Shown here one piece after another: positions 1 to 10,651 of a stretch of 64,000 nt of DNA (its first letter is position 1; each line of letters starts with the position of its first letter). This DNA is from Neophaeotheca triangularis (taxonomy: Eukaryota), in contig BAAIJX010000009.1 of NCBI GenBank assembly GCA_054600435.1, positions 434,001 through 498,000 of the forward strand, given 5' to 3'. The notes below the pieces were generated by a model. It searched no databases. It was not told where the DNA came from and worked only from the letters and a program-made list of their open reading frames with translations. Made by a program: the position numbers and the translations under genes.

Positions 1-500
1 ATGGGAAGTATGTATGTGCTTTGCATAACAAAATCAGTAATATCGTAGCATGGTTGCGAACAAGGTGCGAACGAGATTGCAATGTTTACAAAACAAAAGT
101 GCGGAAGCGCGGGGGACTTTGAATTGAGACGAAAGACGGCATGGTCAACGGTCCTGTTTCAGCTGATATGCAGGGGTACCTGGGTACTCGGTATGGTCAA
201 GTCACGTGCGAATTGTCTGTCGTAGACTGCAAGAGAAGGAAGAAACACTCAATGAGCCGGCTGCAAATTAACATTTCCTATACTGATCCGGACCAGTGTG
301 AATTTTAAATCGCCTTTGGGACCTTCGCCCGTCTATCCCGACCGAAATGATAAGTAATCGCTAGCCCATAATGCTCGCCCAATGTGACATTCCCTACGCC
401 GCACGCCATCGCTTTCCCTCAAGAACACATTCCGGTTCCTATTTCTGGAGCTCTCAAATCGCTATTGCCCATAGACAACAGTCTGCGGTTTCCAAGCTTA

Positions 501-1710
501 CTAAACTGGGTTTCCAAACTGCGCCCTCAGGCCAATAATCTGGTCCCTCGCGCCAGCGTCCATGGCGTAGACTTGCTCCCTCGTGAGCGCCATGATGGCA
601 CGTAAAGCTTCTTCCTGGTTTGGCTGGCCTTGTGGGGCCTGTTGCGGCTGCGGCGGGGGTTGGTACGCTTGTTGCTGTACCGGGGGGGTCGGGGCGTAGC
701 CCATTTGTGGAGGCCCCTGTTGAGGAGGGTAACCATATTGGCCTTGCGGAGGGAACTGTGGAGGTGGTTGCTGCATTGCTTGCGGCGGCGGTGGCTGTTG
801 GTACATCTGCTGTGCTGGAGGCTGGGATGGCGTAGGGGCGGGAGCCGTCTGTTGCACAAGGGAGTTGATAACGCTTGTGTCGACGACGCCGAGGAGCAGC
901 AGCGCCTGGAAGACGGCGTAGCTGAGTTGAGGTGCAGATGTGAGGAGGGCCGTTGCGCGCTGCGGCTCGGTTTGGACGAGGTTCTTCATCTGGCTGATGA
1001 TGTCGAGAAGTTGGGGTGGAGGGATGGAGGAAAGCGTGCGACTGATTGCGTCGGGGGCTGTGAGGTTGGGATCGAGGTCGACTCCAGATGGGAGTGGTGG
1101 AAGTGCTGATGAGTCTCCTGGTACCGCGTTCGTGCCATTCGCATCCGCTTGGGGTCCGTTCAGATTGAAATGTGCTGGTGGTGGTGCCCTGCCACTGCCT
1201 CCATCTTGTTGCCCTCCAGCTCCGCCTCTACCACCGCCGTTGTCGTTGCTGTAGTCAACGCGCAGTGTCCTTCCCATAACCTCGTGTTCGTTCAGGTTGC
1301 GAACAGCGCTCGCGGCCTCGTCAACGTTGGTATACTCCAAAAATCCGAAACCCTTAGGCTTCCCACTCTCCTTATCGTAGACAAGGCGGAAGTTCACCAC
1401 CGAGCCAACGCGCCCGAAGATCTCGCATATTTGCTCCTCGCTGACTCCTGCGCGCACCTCAAGTTAGCAAGATTCTCCACCCTATGCAAATGTCAATCGC
1501 AACTGCCCCCATTTATCCCCTGAATGGATGCTTATTTCGATTTCTCATCCAGTTTCTCGGGCTTTGTGATGTGTTGACTGTCTCTCCCGTCCATGCTTCT
1601 CCTCGTCTGAGGCAGTAGGAACGGTAACAATGAGGTTTTTACACGTTATACGTACCGTATGGGATGTTGCCAATGAAAACCACCCTTCCACCCTTCTCGC
1701 GCGCAGCCAT
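501..1710 (-). CDS. RNA15: Cleavage stimulation factor 64-kDa subunit (RRM, hinge and C-terminal domain); one intron 1655..1448
   Basis: Exon 1 reads MAAREKGGRVVFIGNIPY-G. The intron is GTACGT...GCTAAC...CAG. Exon 2 carries RNP1 KPKGFGFLEY, the CSTF2 hinge (DAISRTL...QLLDIISQMK...LSYAVFQALLLLG) and a C-terminal ALTREQVYAM motif. Confidence 0.92.
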
Positions 1711-2209
1711 AGTTGCCTCACTATTTCACGGGCCTTACTGATCCGGTGTGTTCATTCGCAGTCTGGTGTCGAAGATTGAAGGAGGTAGGACGCCAGAAAC
1801 GTATCGGTCGTGGGTATTTTGGCAGAATGTCGATGGCAGAGTCAAGACTTGTTAGTGTGTTCGTAGTCGCGATTTCGCTTGCGAAAGTAAGATTTGGTCA
1901 GAGGTTGATGTTGTTGTGTTTGGTGTTGAAGGTCAAGTCGTGCACGCCGTACTCGTGAGAGTTGAAGCTTCAACGCATTGTTGCCAAGACTGCGTTCGAC
2001 TTCACTTCCGACAGCTCTCGCTCACAATAGCATGTGAATGCGACAACTTCACTTTGTTGAGTCTTGACGTGTCGCGCAACCCAAGATACCACTCTATCAA
2101 ATTAGCTATTGCAACAATGTATGTTAGAAGCTTCTCAGACACCCGAGCCAAGCTAATTACTCTCGTCGCAGCTGAACAGCAAACCATGCGACAGCGATAG
2201 CCCGTCAAG

Positions 2210-5149
2210 ATGCTGACTTTCACTCCTCTCCTCGGAGCCCGCACCCCCTCGCCTGCCTCCCAATCCCTCCTCGAACTTGACGGCGGTGTCAAAATCCTCA
2301 TCGATGTCGGATGGGACGAGTGCTTCGACACCTCTAAGCTCCAAGCGATCGAGCAGCACGTCTCCACCCTCTCCCTCATCCTCCTCACACATCCCACGCT
2401 CGACCATCTTGGAGCATATGCACATTGCTGCAAGCATGTGCCTCTCTTCAGTAAAGTACCAGTGTACGCGACATCACCGGTAATCAATCTGGGGAGAACA
2501 CTTTTGGCGGATTTGTACAGCACATGCCCGGAAGCTGCCAGCATTATACCCATAGAGAGCATAAACAGTGCTGCCGGCGCGAAAGAATCGGACCGGACTC
2601 CAGACTTACTTTTACAAGCCCCGACGCCGGATGAAACAGCGACTTATTTCACCTTGATCAACCCTTTGAAATACCAACAGCCGCACCAGCCGATACCCTC
2701 GTCCTGGTCACCTTCTCTGGGTGGTCTCACTATCACCGCATACTGCGCAGGACATACACTAGGAGGCACGATATGGCACATTCAACACGGTTTGGAAAGC
2801 ATAGTGTATGCCGCGGACTGGAACCAGGGGCGAGAGAACCTATTCGCAGGCGCGGCATGGCTCAGCTCGAGTACAGGGGGTGCGGAGATTGTGGAACAAC
2901 TTCGCCGTCCTACCGCGCTGATATGCTCTTCAAAGGGCGTGGAGAAGACGAATCCGCTCTCGCGGAAGAAACGCGATGAAACGCTGATAGCACTCATTCG
3001 AGAGACGGTCGCGCAAGGCGGGAAGGTGCTCATACCCAGCGACTCTTCGGCAAGAGTTCTCGAGATGGCTTTCATACTCAACAGCTCATGGCGCGAAAAT
3101 ATCGATGGGCCTCACTCCGAGACTTACAGAAACACCCAGATATACATGGCTTCCAAATCGAGTACATCGACTGTACGATATATGCAGAGTATGCTGGAGT
3201 GGACCGAAGAGACAGTCATGCGGGATGCTGAGGCCGCCATGACATCGAAAGGACAGCAGGGCCAAGGGCAGGCGAGTCCGCTTGACTGGAAGTTTGTTAA
3301 GATGCTGGAGAAGAAGAGTCAGGTGGAGAAGGCCTTGCGCAAAGACAAGCCGTGCATCATGCTTGCTTCGGATGCCAGCATGCAGTGGGGATTCTCGAGA
3401 CAAGCACTGGAGGAACTAGCTAGCAGTGAGAAGAATTTGGTCATTATGCCGGATCGAGCGACGAAGCTCGATGAAAACAAGTCTGGGTTGGGGGAGCAGC
3501 TGTGGGATCTGTGGCGGCAGCGGACTGGCTACACTTCTAACCAGAGTGGAGTCAAGATCGTGAACACGGATGGTATGGTAGTGAACTTGGATCAGACCAC
3601 AACAACTAGTCTGGAGGGTGATGAGACTCTTCTATACCAACAGTACCTCGCTCGACAACATCAGCTGCACTCTTCCCTTCAAGGCGATAACACTATGCGA
3701 GACAACCCCACCGAAGAAGCCGCCGACGACCAAGCATCAGAGTCTTCTGAGTCCTCCGATGAAGATGAAGACGCCGAGTACCAAGGAAAAACCCTCAACC
3801 TTTCCGCGCAACTCACCCAATCCAACAAACGCAAACTGGCCCTCACAGATGCCGAATTAGGCATTAACGTTCTACTCAAGAGCAAGACTGTCCACGACTA
3901 CGATGTGCGGAACAAACGTGGCCGCGAGAAAGTCTTCCCTTTCGCCACCCACAAGGCCCGCAACGATGAATATGGCGATCTCATTAAACCCGAGGATTAT
4001 TTGCGAGCGGAGGAACGAGACGACGTAGACGGACAGGATATGCGCGACGGTGTCGACCACGAAACCTCGCTCGGGCAAAAGCGTAAATGGGACGACATGG
4101 CCTCGAATGCGAAGAGAACGGTCAAGGACCAGGGCAACCGGACAAAGGCTGAGCGCGAGCCCGATGATATCGACGCGGCTATAGCAAGAGCCACTGGAGA
4201 AGGCGGCGGTGCGGGCGGGAAGAGCGAAGATGAGGAATCAGACTACGAGCCTGATGAGGCAGTCATCGAGGGTCCACAAAAGCTTCTGAGAGAGCAACGC
4301 CAAGTGGCATTACGGCTCCGCGTCGCGCACGTAGACTTCTCTGGACTTCACGAGAAGCGAGATCTGCAAATGCTGGTCCCTCTCATCCGCCCACGCAAGC
4401 TCATCCTCATTGCAGGCGAAGAGTCGGAGACCCAAACCCTCGCGGAAGAGTGCAGACAACTCCTCACCGCCAGCGGCACTGGCAACGAAAGCACAGCGCC
4501 CGAAGTCCTAACCCCCACCATCGGCGAAGCTATCGAAGCCAGCGTCGACACCAACGCATGGACGCTCAAACTCAGCCGTCAGCTCGCCAAAAAACTGGCC
4601 TGGCAAAATGTCAAAGGCATGGACATAGTGGCGCTGCAAGGTCTACTCGATGCCGAACTCACCGACACCACACTTTCAATTTCCGAAGGTGCCGACGATG
4701 GAAGCAAGCGCAAGAAGCTTAAACTCGAAGAACCCACGCCCACCACCAATGACCTCAGGGTCGCAACCTCGACCAAAACCCACGCTTCCACGGCTCTCAT
4801 GCCCCTCCTCTCTCTTCTGGGCCCCTCGCACACCGCTGTCACGACAACACCCGCCAAGCAAGTTCAGCCCGTGCACGTCGGAGACTTGCGGCTCGCGGAT
4901 TTGCGCCGGCAATTGCACTCCATGGGCCACAGCGCAGAATTCCGCGGCGAGGGTACTCTGTTGGTCGATGGCGCGGCCGTCGTTAAGAAGAGCGGGGACG
5001 GCAAGATCGAGCTCGAGGTCGCGAGTGTGCCGCTCAGACGGCGGCAGATGGGGGCCATGATCAGCAATGGGGACGGGGGGTTGCCGTCTTTTTGGAGGGT
5101 TCGGGAAGTGGTTTATCGGGGTTTGGCTGAGGTTGCTGGCGGGTCGTAG
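2210..5149 (+). CDS. CFT2: CPSF subunit 2 (CPSF100), metallo-beta-lactamase/beta-CASP fold
   Basis: 979-aa ORF with FTPLLGA, KILIDVGWD, AGHTLGGTIWHI, IVYAADWNQ, VDFSGLH and C-terminal HVGDLRLADL...AEFRGEGTLL motifs. Confidence 0.93.
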   Translation: MLTFTPLLGARTPSPASQSLLELDGGVKILIDVGWDECFDTSKLQAIEQHVSTLSLILLTHPTLDHLGAYAHCCKHVPLFSKVPVYATSPVINLGRTLLADLYSTCPEAASIIPIESINSAAGAKESDRTPDLLLQAPTPDETATYFTLINPLKYQQPHQPIPSSWSPSLGGLTITAYCAGHTLGGTIWHIQHGLESIVYAADWNQGRENLFAGAAWLSSSTGGAEIVEQLRRPTALICSSKGVEKTNPLSRKKRDETLIALIRETVAQGGKVLIPSDSSARVLEMAFILNSSWRENIDGPHSETYRNTQIYMASKSSTSTVRYMQSMLEWTEETVMRDAEAAMTSKGQQGQGQASPLDWKFVKMLEKKSQVEKALRKDKPCIMLASDASMQWGFSRQALEELASSEKNLVIMPDRATKLDENKSGLGEQLWDLWRQRTGYTSNQSGVKIVNTDGMVVNLDQTTTTSLEGDETLLYQQYLARQHQLHSSLQGDNTMRDNPTEEAADDQASESSESSDEDEDAEYQGKTLNLSAQLTQSNKRKLALTDAELGINVLLKSKTVHDYDVRNKRGREKVFPFATHKARNDEYGDLIKPEDYLRAEERDDVDGQDMRDGVDHETSLGQKRKWDDMASNAKRTVKDQGNRTKAEREPDDIDAAIARATGEGGGAGGKSEDEESDYEPDEAVIEGPQKLLREQRQVALRLRVAHVDFSGLHEKRDLQMLVPLIRPRKLILIAGEESETQTLAEECRQLLTASGTGNESTAPEVLTPTIGEAIEASVDTNAWTLKLSRQLAKKLAWQNVKGMDIVALQGLLDAELTDTTLSISEGADDGSKRKKLKLEEPTPTTNDLRVATSTKTHASTALMPLLSLLGPSHTAVTTTPAKQVQPVHVGDLRLADLRRQLHSMGHSAEFRGEGTLLVDGAAVVKKSGDGKIELEVASVPLRRRQMGAMISNGDGGLPSFWRVREVVYRGLAEVAGGS

Positions 5150-5961
5150 TAGGAGTTTGAAGCGGACTGGGTGGCGAAGTTTGCTGGGGTCGACTTACCT
5201 GGCGAGTAAATCAGCGTTGTGAATCGAAGCGTCCCGATCGAAGCCGTCTTTCCAGCGTGTACGAGTAGGAGGTGTAAGGCTAAAGAGACCTGGCCATATT
5301 CGGCCGGATACTGCATTCAGCCTCTCCGGCCCCGTCTGGCGACTAATGTCGAATTATCTGTCACGATATCCGCGCCCCGGCGCAGAGACTCGTCGCTTTA
5401 TAGCAAAGCACCAGCGGTCGCTGTTCCGGGGCCCTTGGAATGAGGTTTTGGTTAAGAACCTGATGTCTAGAGCTATCTTGCCCGCATCCAATTTGTGTCC
5501 GTTCATCTGTTTTGGAGCACCAATGGCCGACACTGCATGGCAAGTATCTGGATGCGCAATGTTTTGTTCCAACGAACGTCACTGCCACAATCTGTCCTCA
5601 ATACTATGTCGCAAGGGCCCATTATGGTCACAGCTACAAATTGCGTAGGCTGCTATCCCACGACTATAACCCATGACGAGCCCCAGCACTATCATCATCA
5701 CTCGCACGAGTGTGTCGTCGAGCACTTAGCAAGTACCAAGCAACAAACCTCAACATTGACCGCAACCTGCAGTGCCGCGGCAAGCAGTGCATATACGTGC
5801 TTGTCTCGGATGTTGACACGCAAGGTTAATAGTCACAGAAACGCAGCAAACTCCCACTTCCAGCAAGGTCATGAGTAAACCCCTCAAATCCTTTTCCGTA
5901 CGTTCACCTTCTTCCTCTACCACACTTACTACCAAAACTCCTCGACAACACAAATCAAGAT

Positions 5962-6969
5962 ATGCCCTGCTCCGGAAATCAACCTTGTACTTGCAACAAC
6001 CAGCAAGCCTCCGCTCCAGACCAACCTGACCTCCCACCACCCTATATCTGGCGAGCAGAAGGCGGCTACCTCCCCACAAGCAACCCCTCGTCACTCGCCT
6101 CTACGAACATGCCGGCACCCGCAATAATCTCCGTACAATCTCCACCGCCTCAGGTTATATACCTGTGGGGTCCACCACCACCACCACCTGCGCCAAAAGA
6201 AGAGCCTTCGCCACCCGCGCCTCCTGCTGTTGCTCCAGCTGCAGTCCCGACTCAGACATCTACAAAGAGACAAAAAGTCTGCTTCACGCGCCGCAAGTCG
6301 GACGGAGGCAACAGACGCATCTGCGTTAGCTTTCCAATCTCTCAGTCAGCCAGAGCTGTACCCACGACAGCCCCTGAACCCGAGCCTGCACCGGCGAGCG
6401 TCAAGCCCGCTCCTTCCAAACCCGCTTCCACCAAACCAGCATCCTCTAAACCTTCGTCCACCAAAGCGCCCTCTAGCAAACCCGCTTCTAGCAAACTCCC
6501 CTCAACCAAACCCGCACCCTCCACCAACGCATCAAAGCCCAAAGAACACCCCTCCGTCGAGCGTAAAACCAACTCCCTCGCCCCGCCCTCCCTCCGCGAA
6601 GGCACCAACTACATGTTTCCCCCGACCCACACCATGCTTCACATCTTCAACAAAGCAGCCCCGATCTGGGAACCGCACTACCAAAACCAGAATCTCGACT
6701 TCAAGATCTTCAAAGTCGGCACCAATTTCAGTGTCGAGGATGTCATCGAAAGAGTGCGGGGTGTTGGGGGTGATGAGGCCGGGAGGGAGAAGTGCGAGGG
6801 CTGGGCGGCGGTGGAGGTTGTCGAGGTTGGGGATGGAAGATGGGTTAGGGGGAGTGCGGTGCGTTATGGGAGTTGCAAGGCCAAGGGGGGGAGACTCGGG
6901 GAGTTGGGGTGGGGAGGGAAGAGAGGGGGCGATTTGCCGCCGGTTTGGATTGTGGTTATGAAGGTTTAG
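5962..6969 (+). CDS. Pro/Ser/Lys-rich protein of unknown function with a globular C-terminal domain
   Basis: 335-aa ORF with KPAS-type low-complexity repeats followed by a complex segment (HTMLHIFNK...FKIFKV...LPPVWIVV). The start codon is uncertain. Confidence 0.6.
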   Translation: MPCSGNQPCTCNNQQASAPDQPDLPPPYIWRAEGGYLPTSNPSSLASTNMPAPAIISVQSPPPQVIYLWGPPPPPPAPKEEPSPPAPPAVAPAAVPTQTSTKRQKVCFTRRKSDGGNRRICVSFPISQSARAVPTTAPEPEPAPASVKPAPSKPASTKPASSKPSSTKAPSSKPASSKLPSTKPAPSTNASKPKEHPSVERKTNSLAPPSLREGTNYMFPPTHTMLHIFNKAAPIWEPHYQNQNLDFKIFKVGTNFSVEDVIERVRGVGGDEAGREKCEGWAAVEVVEVGDGRWVRGSAVRYGSCKAKGGRLGELGWGGKRGGDLPPVWIVVMKV

Positions 6970-7243
6970 GTTGGATGAGGGTGTGTGGGATTGAGTCGGG
7001 TGGTTCGTTTGAAGGGAATTTGGGCGTCGACAATTTTGGGTCTATCCGGGTTTTGGCTGCATTTATGGGTCGGGAAAAAGGTGCATTCCCGTGCTGCTGT
7101 ACTGTCTAAGCTCTTTCAGCGACTTTCTAAAGTCGTGTACTTTGTAGCATTATCCGAAATCTCCAGTTTGTCCATTAATGAAAACCAAAAGACCAAGCCC
7201 CTCCGCGACCAACCCTGCCATCAAACCACTCGCCAAAACACAA

Positions 7244-9895
7244 CTACCTGATCTCTACCCTCACCTCCTGACCAAGCGCGGTCCAAAACTCCCCTGCTGA
7301 CTCCGGCCCCATCATCTCCCCCAAAACCTCCCCCTCCATCCATCCCTGCACATAACAAGACCCACAAACCCTCCAACTCCCATCCTCTCTCTCCCTCAGC
7401 ACTAACGGAACCGAACAACCCGCCACCAAGCCCAAAGACCACCTCCCCGCCAAACTACTCCCCTCTCGAACCTGCTTTGCCACATCCTCCGGCACGAGAC
7501 CCATATACCCCTCCTCCGAGACAAAAGGGACACGGCCTTTGAGCGTCATGCTCACGATGTCTAAAGCTTCGACTCGCGAGTAGCTGCCCGCAAAGGGACG
7601 GACGTGGCGGGAATACGGGGTTTGGTCGTTTTCGACAAGTTTTGGAGCGCGCGGCCGGGGGAGGCAGATGTACGGCTCCTGGTCCGGCCACGTTTCGTCG
7701 ATGTTAACGAGATTTTGGGCCCGAGGGGGCCAACTGCTGGGGACATCGCCGTGGAGCATGGCTGTTGCGGCCTGAAGAGTGTCCGAGTAAGGGTTGGCGT
7801 AGGCGGGGTGGGTTGTGTACCAGGCGGGGATTGCTCGGGTGTAGTGGTGGAGGGCGAAGTAGGCGTAAGGATCGCAGGGCGGGAACGCTATGTCGCTTGG
7901 GATTTCGAGGAGGGGGGTGATGATGTGTGAGACGCGGTCGGGGATGATGGCGGAGCATGTGAGGGCAGTATTGGAAATTGAGAAGAGAGGAAATTGTAGG
8001 TCGTCAGGTTTGATGCCTCCGTCGGCTGAGTATAGGGGGCCGTCTAGATTGTCGACTGCGTTCAGCGTGACGCTTGGGATGCAATCGCGGCGGATAAGAC
8101 AGCTGGAGGCCGCAGGCTTGCTCCAGTCTGGGCACCAGGATGGTGCAGATTGGTAGAATTTCTCGGGCTCAAGCTTCGTATTCTCGACAGCCCCTAGGAT
8201 GTCAAGGCTTTGATATTGCTCCATTCAAGCCGCCGCAAAATCAGCATAAACGGCCTCGAGGGGCTTGCTATAGTCCATGCTGTATTCGAGACCGGCTCCA
8301 GTTTTCTTGTCTTTAGCGACGTTCCATAACGCGAATAGCTTGTCTTTAGGCTCTGTCGCCTGGAAGTCACGGGTGAGAAGCAGACACTGAAGGAAGCCAG
8401 GCGAGTCTGCCGGGACATCGAACCAGTGTGACAAGAACGGGGCGTCTGCACGACTAGTCAAATGTCTGAAGTAGAAAATCTTGCGAGCAAAAGCCAAGTC
8501 TTTCACTTCAACATCCTCGAGCGAGGAATCTGCTTCCATCATGTGTCCCCGGAGAGTAGGGTCACGCTTCAGCATGCTCTCCAGATGGTACGCCGCCATT
8601 TCAAGTTGCTGAAAAGAGGTCTCGAAATCGTCTTCAACGCCAACGGCTGGGTTAGAAGCCCACGCGATCTCCTGAATAATCCACACGCGGCGAAATTAAG
8701 GCCTTAAGAAAAATTTGTACAAGGCAGCGGCCATCTTGTGAAATTGCTGAGGTGAGTATCTGTTTCCGCCATCTTCGTCGCCGAAATGCCATTCCCGTCT
8801 GTCATTGCGGCGCATCATTGGTACTTGCAGGGCCTGTATCAATTCCTTTGCGAGATGAGAGTCATCGTTATGGGCGCCCACGTAGCTCACGATCGATACT
8901 GCACAGTCGTAAATCTCGGACATACGAGATAGCTGCCTGTTCCTCTCTTGCACATTTTTTTGATTGATAGAGATGGCGTCGATCCATAACGGTATCATTA
9001 TTTTGCTTTGGCGCAGCCGTCTGAGAATGTTGGCGAGAGTCTTGCGTACGCTCAAGCGTAGTCCATTCATCACTATCGTCTCTGGTTTTTCATCCGTGCC
9101 CCATGTGTAGGAAAGTGCCGTATACGTGACATCGCAACGTAATGGGCAGTGTCCAACCTGGATCACAATTGGTGTCGTCGGATCCTCTGAGGGCATAAAC
9201 ACCAGCACTCGAATCTCATGCGCCACGGTATCCAGTGACGAATACACATAGTCGTGCGTGGCGTCCGCTCCAGGTACACACTTGTCGCCCAGGCCCAAGG
9301 GGATCGGATAGACTTGTGGCATGACGACCTCGTCAGGGACGCCCTACCACTGCTTCTCCCAATTCGCATATCTCGAGTCACGCATCGGCTGGATGATACC
9401 CTGGTCAACGAGCGACGCATTGTACTCGTGCATATCCACTACCTCAGTGCCTTTTGAATACATCTTGTCGCAATGCTCTCTGTTCCAGTACTCCCGCTGT
9501 TCGTCGGGAATCTGCAGCTCGAGACAAAGATACCGACACCACAGCCGCACGACCTCGTCTTTCTTTCTATAATGCCTAAGGAATCTCTCGAGCGCGGCGG
9601 GGACGATCAAGCCATGGCCATTGACCTCAATGGCCTCTTCAAAAAGCCGATAGCCCCTAGCATTTTTGATGGCTACAAATGATCCGGCCTCGGAGAGAGG
9701 CGCCGTTTCCAGAATGCACTTAACGTAGGCGTGTTCGTCTGCATTATCGCCATCATAGGGACAAAGGCAAAGGAACCGCTGCTCTTCGGTGTCGAAATCA
9801 AGGGGATCGTATTCGAAGTCGGGCCGAGCGACCCGCCTGCCTTCGCCCTCGTGGACTACAAGTGGATTGGCGTGCGGATGCCGAATGTCCTCCAT
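7244..9895 (-). pseudogene. HET (heterokaryon incompatibility)-domain gene, one reading frame of 884 codons interrupted by three in-frame stops; pseudogene or recoded gene
   Basis: Four listed ORFs are all in the same frame, separated only by TAG (9346-9344), TAA (8698-8696) and TGA (8227-8225). HET motifs: YTALSYTWG, LWIDAISINQ...ERNRQLSRMSEIY, RP*FRRVWIIQE, ATEPKDKLFAL, PSWCPDW, GCSVPLVLR...G.CYVQGWMEGE. Confidence 0.8.
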
Positions 9896-10651
9896 GGCCG
9901 ATTACGAACTGACAATGCTTTGCGTTGGTCCTTACCGAGTCTGGAGCATGGGGCAATGACCGTCCCTACAAACAAGACGGGAAGAGAAAAGATAAGATAG
10001 AAAGAACCCGCAAGATGCGCAATGGAAGGGAAAGTATGAGGTATACTTAACTTGCGCCTCCGCTTACCAGCCTCGATAGCTGAAGCAACGGCCAACAAGG
10101 CCGGCCCATTGAGGCACCATCTGAAACTAGAAGCGAAGGATTCTTTGGGCCGGAAGCATGCCGTAAGCGCCAGGATCCAAGTCACTCACAACTCGAGCTC
10201 CCAGAAGGAAGCATCGTACCGACGCCCTGATCCGTCAATTCGTTGCCTCGGTCAATAAACAATTCATTGTAATAGGACTCTTGGAACTTTGATGTCGTCG
10301 GGATAAGATAGAGATAGCATAAAGTGTCAAAGCCATGTTCAAGACTCCTTTTGATATGGTCCGTGCGCAGCGATCCTCGAGCGAAGTGGCCAGGGTCAGA
10401 GCTAGGGTTGGTGTTAACTTGTATGGACGAAAGGGTGCCGAGAGTTATATCGATACACCTAGGTAATGTCGTCAGTATCATCGTCGAACATTCGGCGTCT
10501 GAAATCTATCACTTGTGCCGTACATGTTTTTCAAGAGTATGGAACGATATTGCTGCATTGATGAGTTATCATACTAACGTAGCACACGGGTTCACCGACC
10601 TTGATAAAGAATGATCTCGCTTCTTAGCGTTTTCAAGGACCTCGTGACTTC

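Noticed and set aside
1448..1655. snoRNA within the relatively long RNA15 intron
   Set aside because: No convincing C/D or H/ACA box arrangement was seen.
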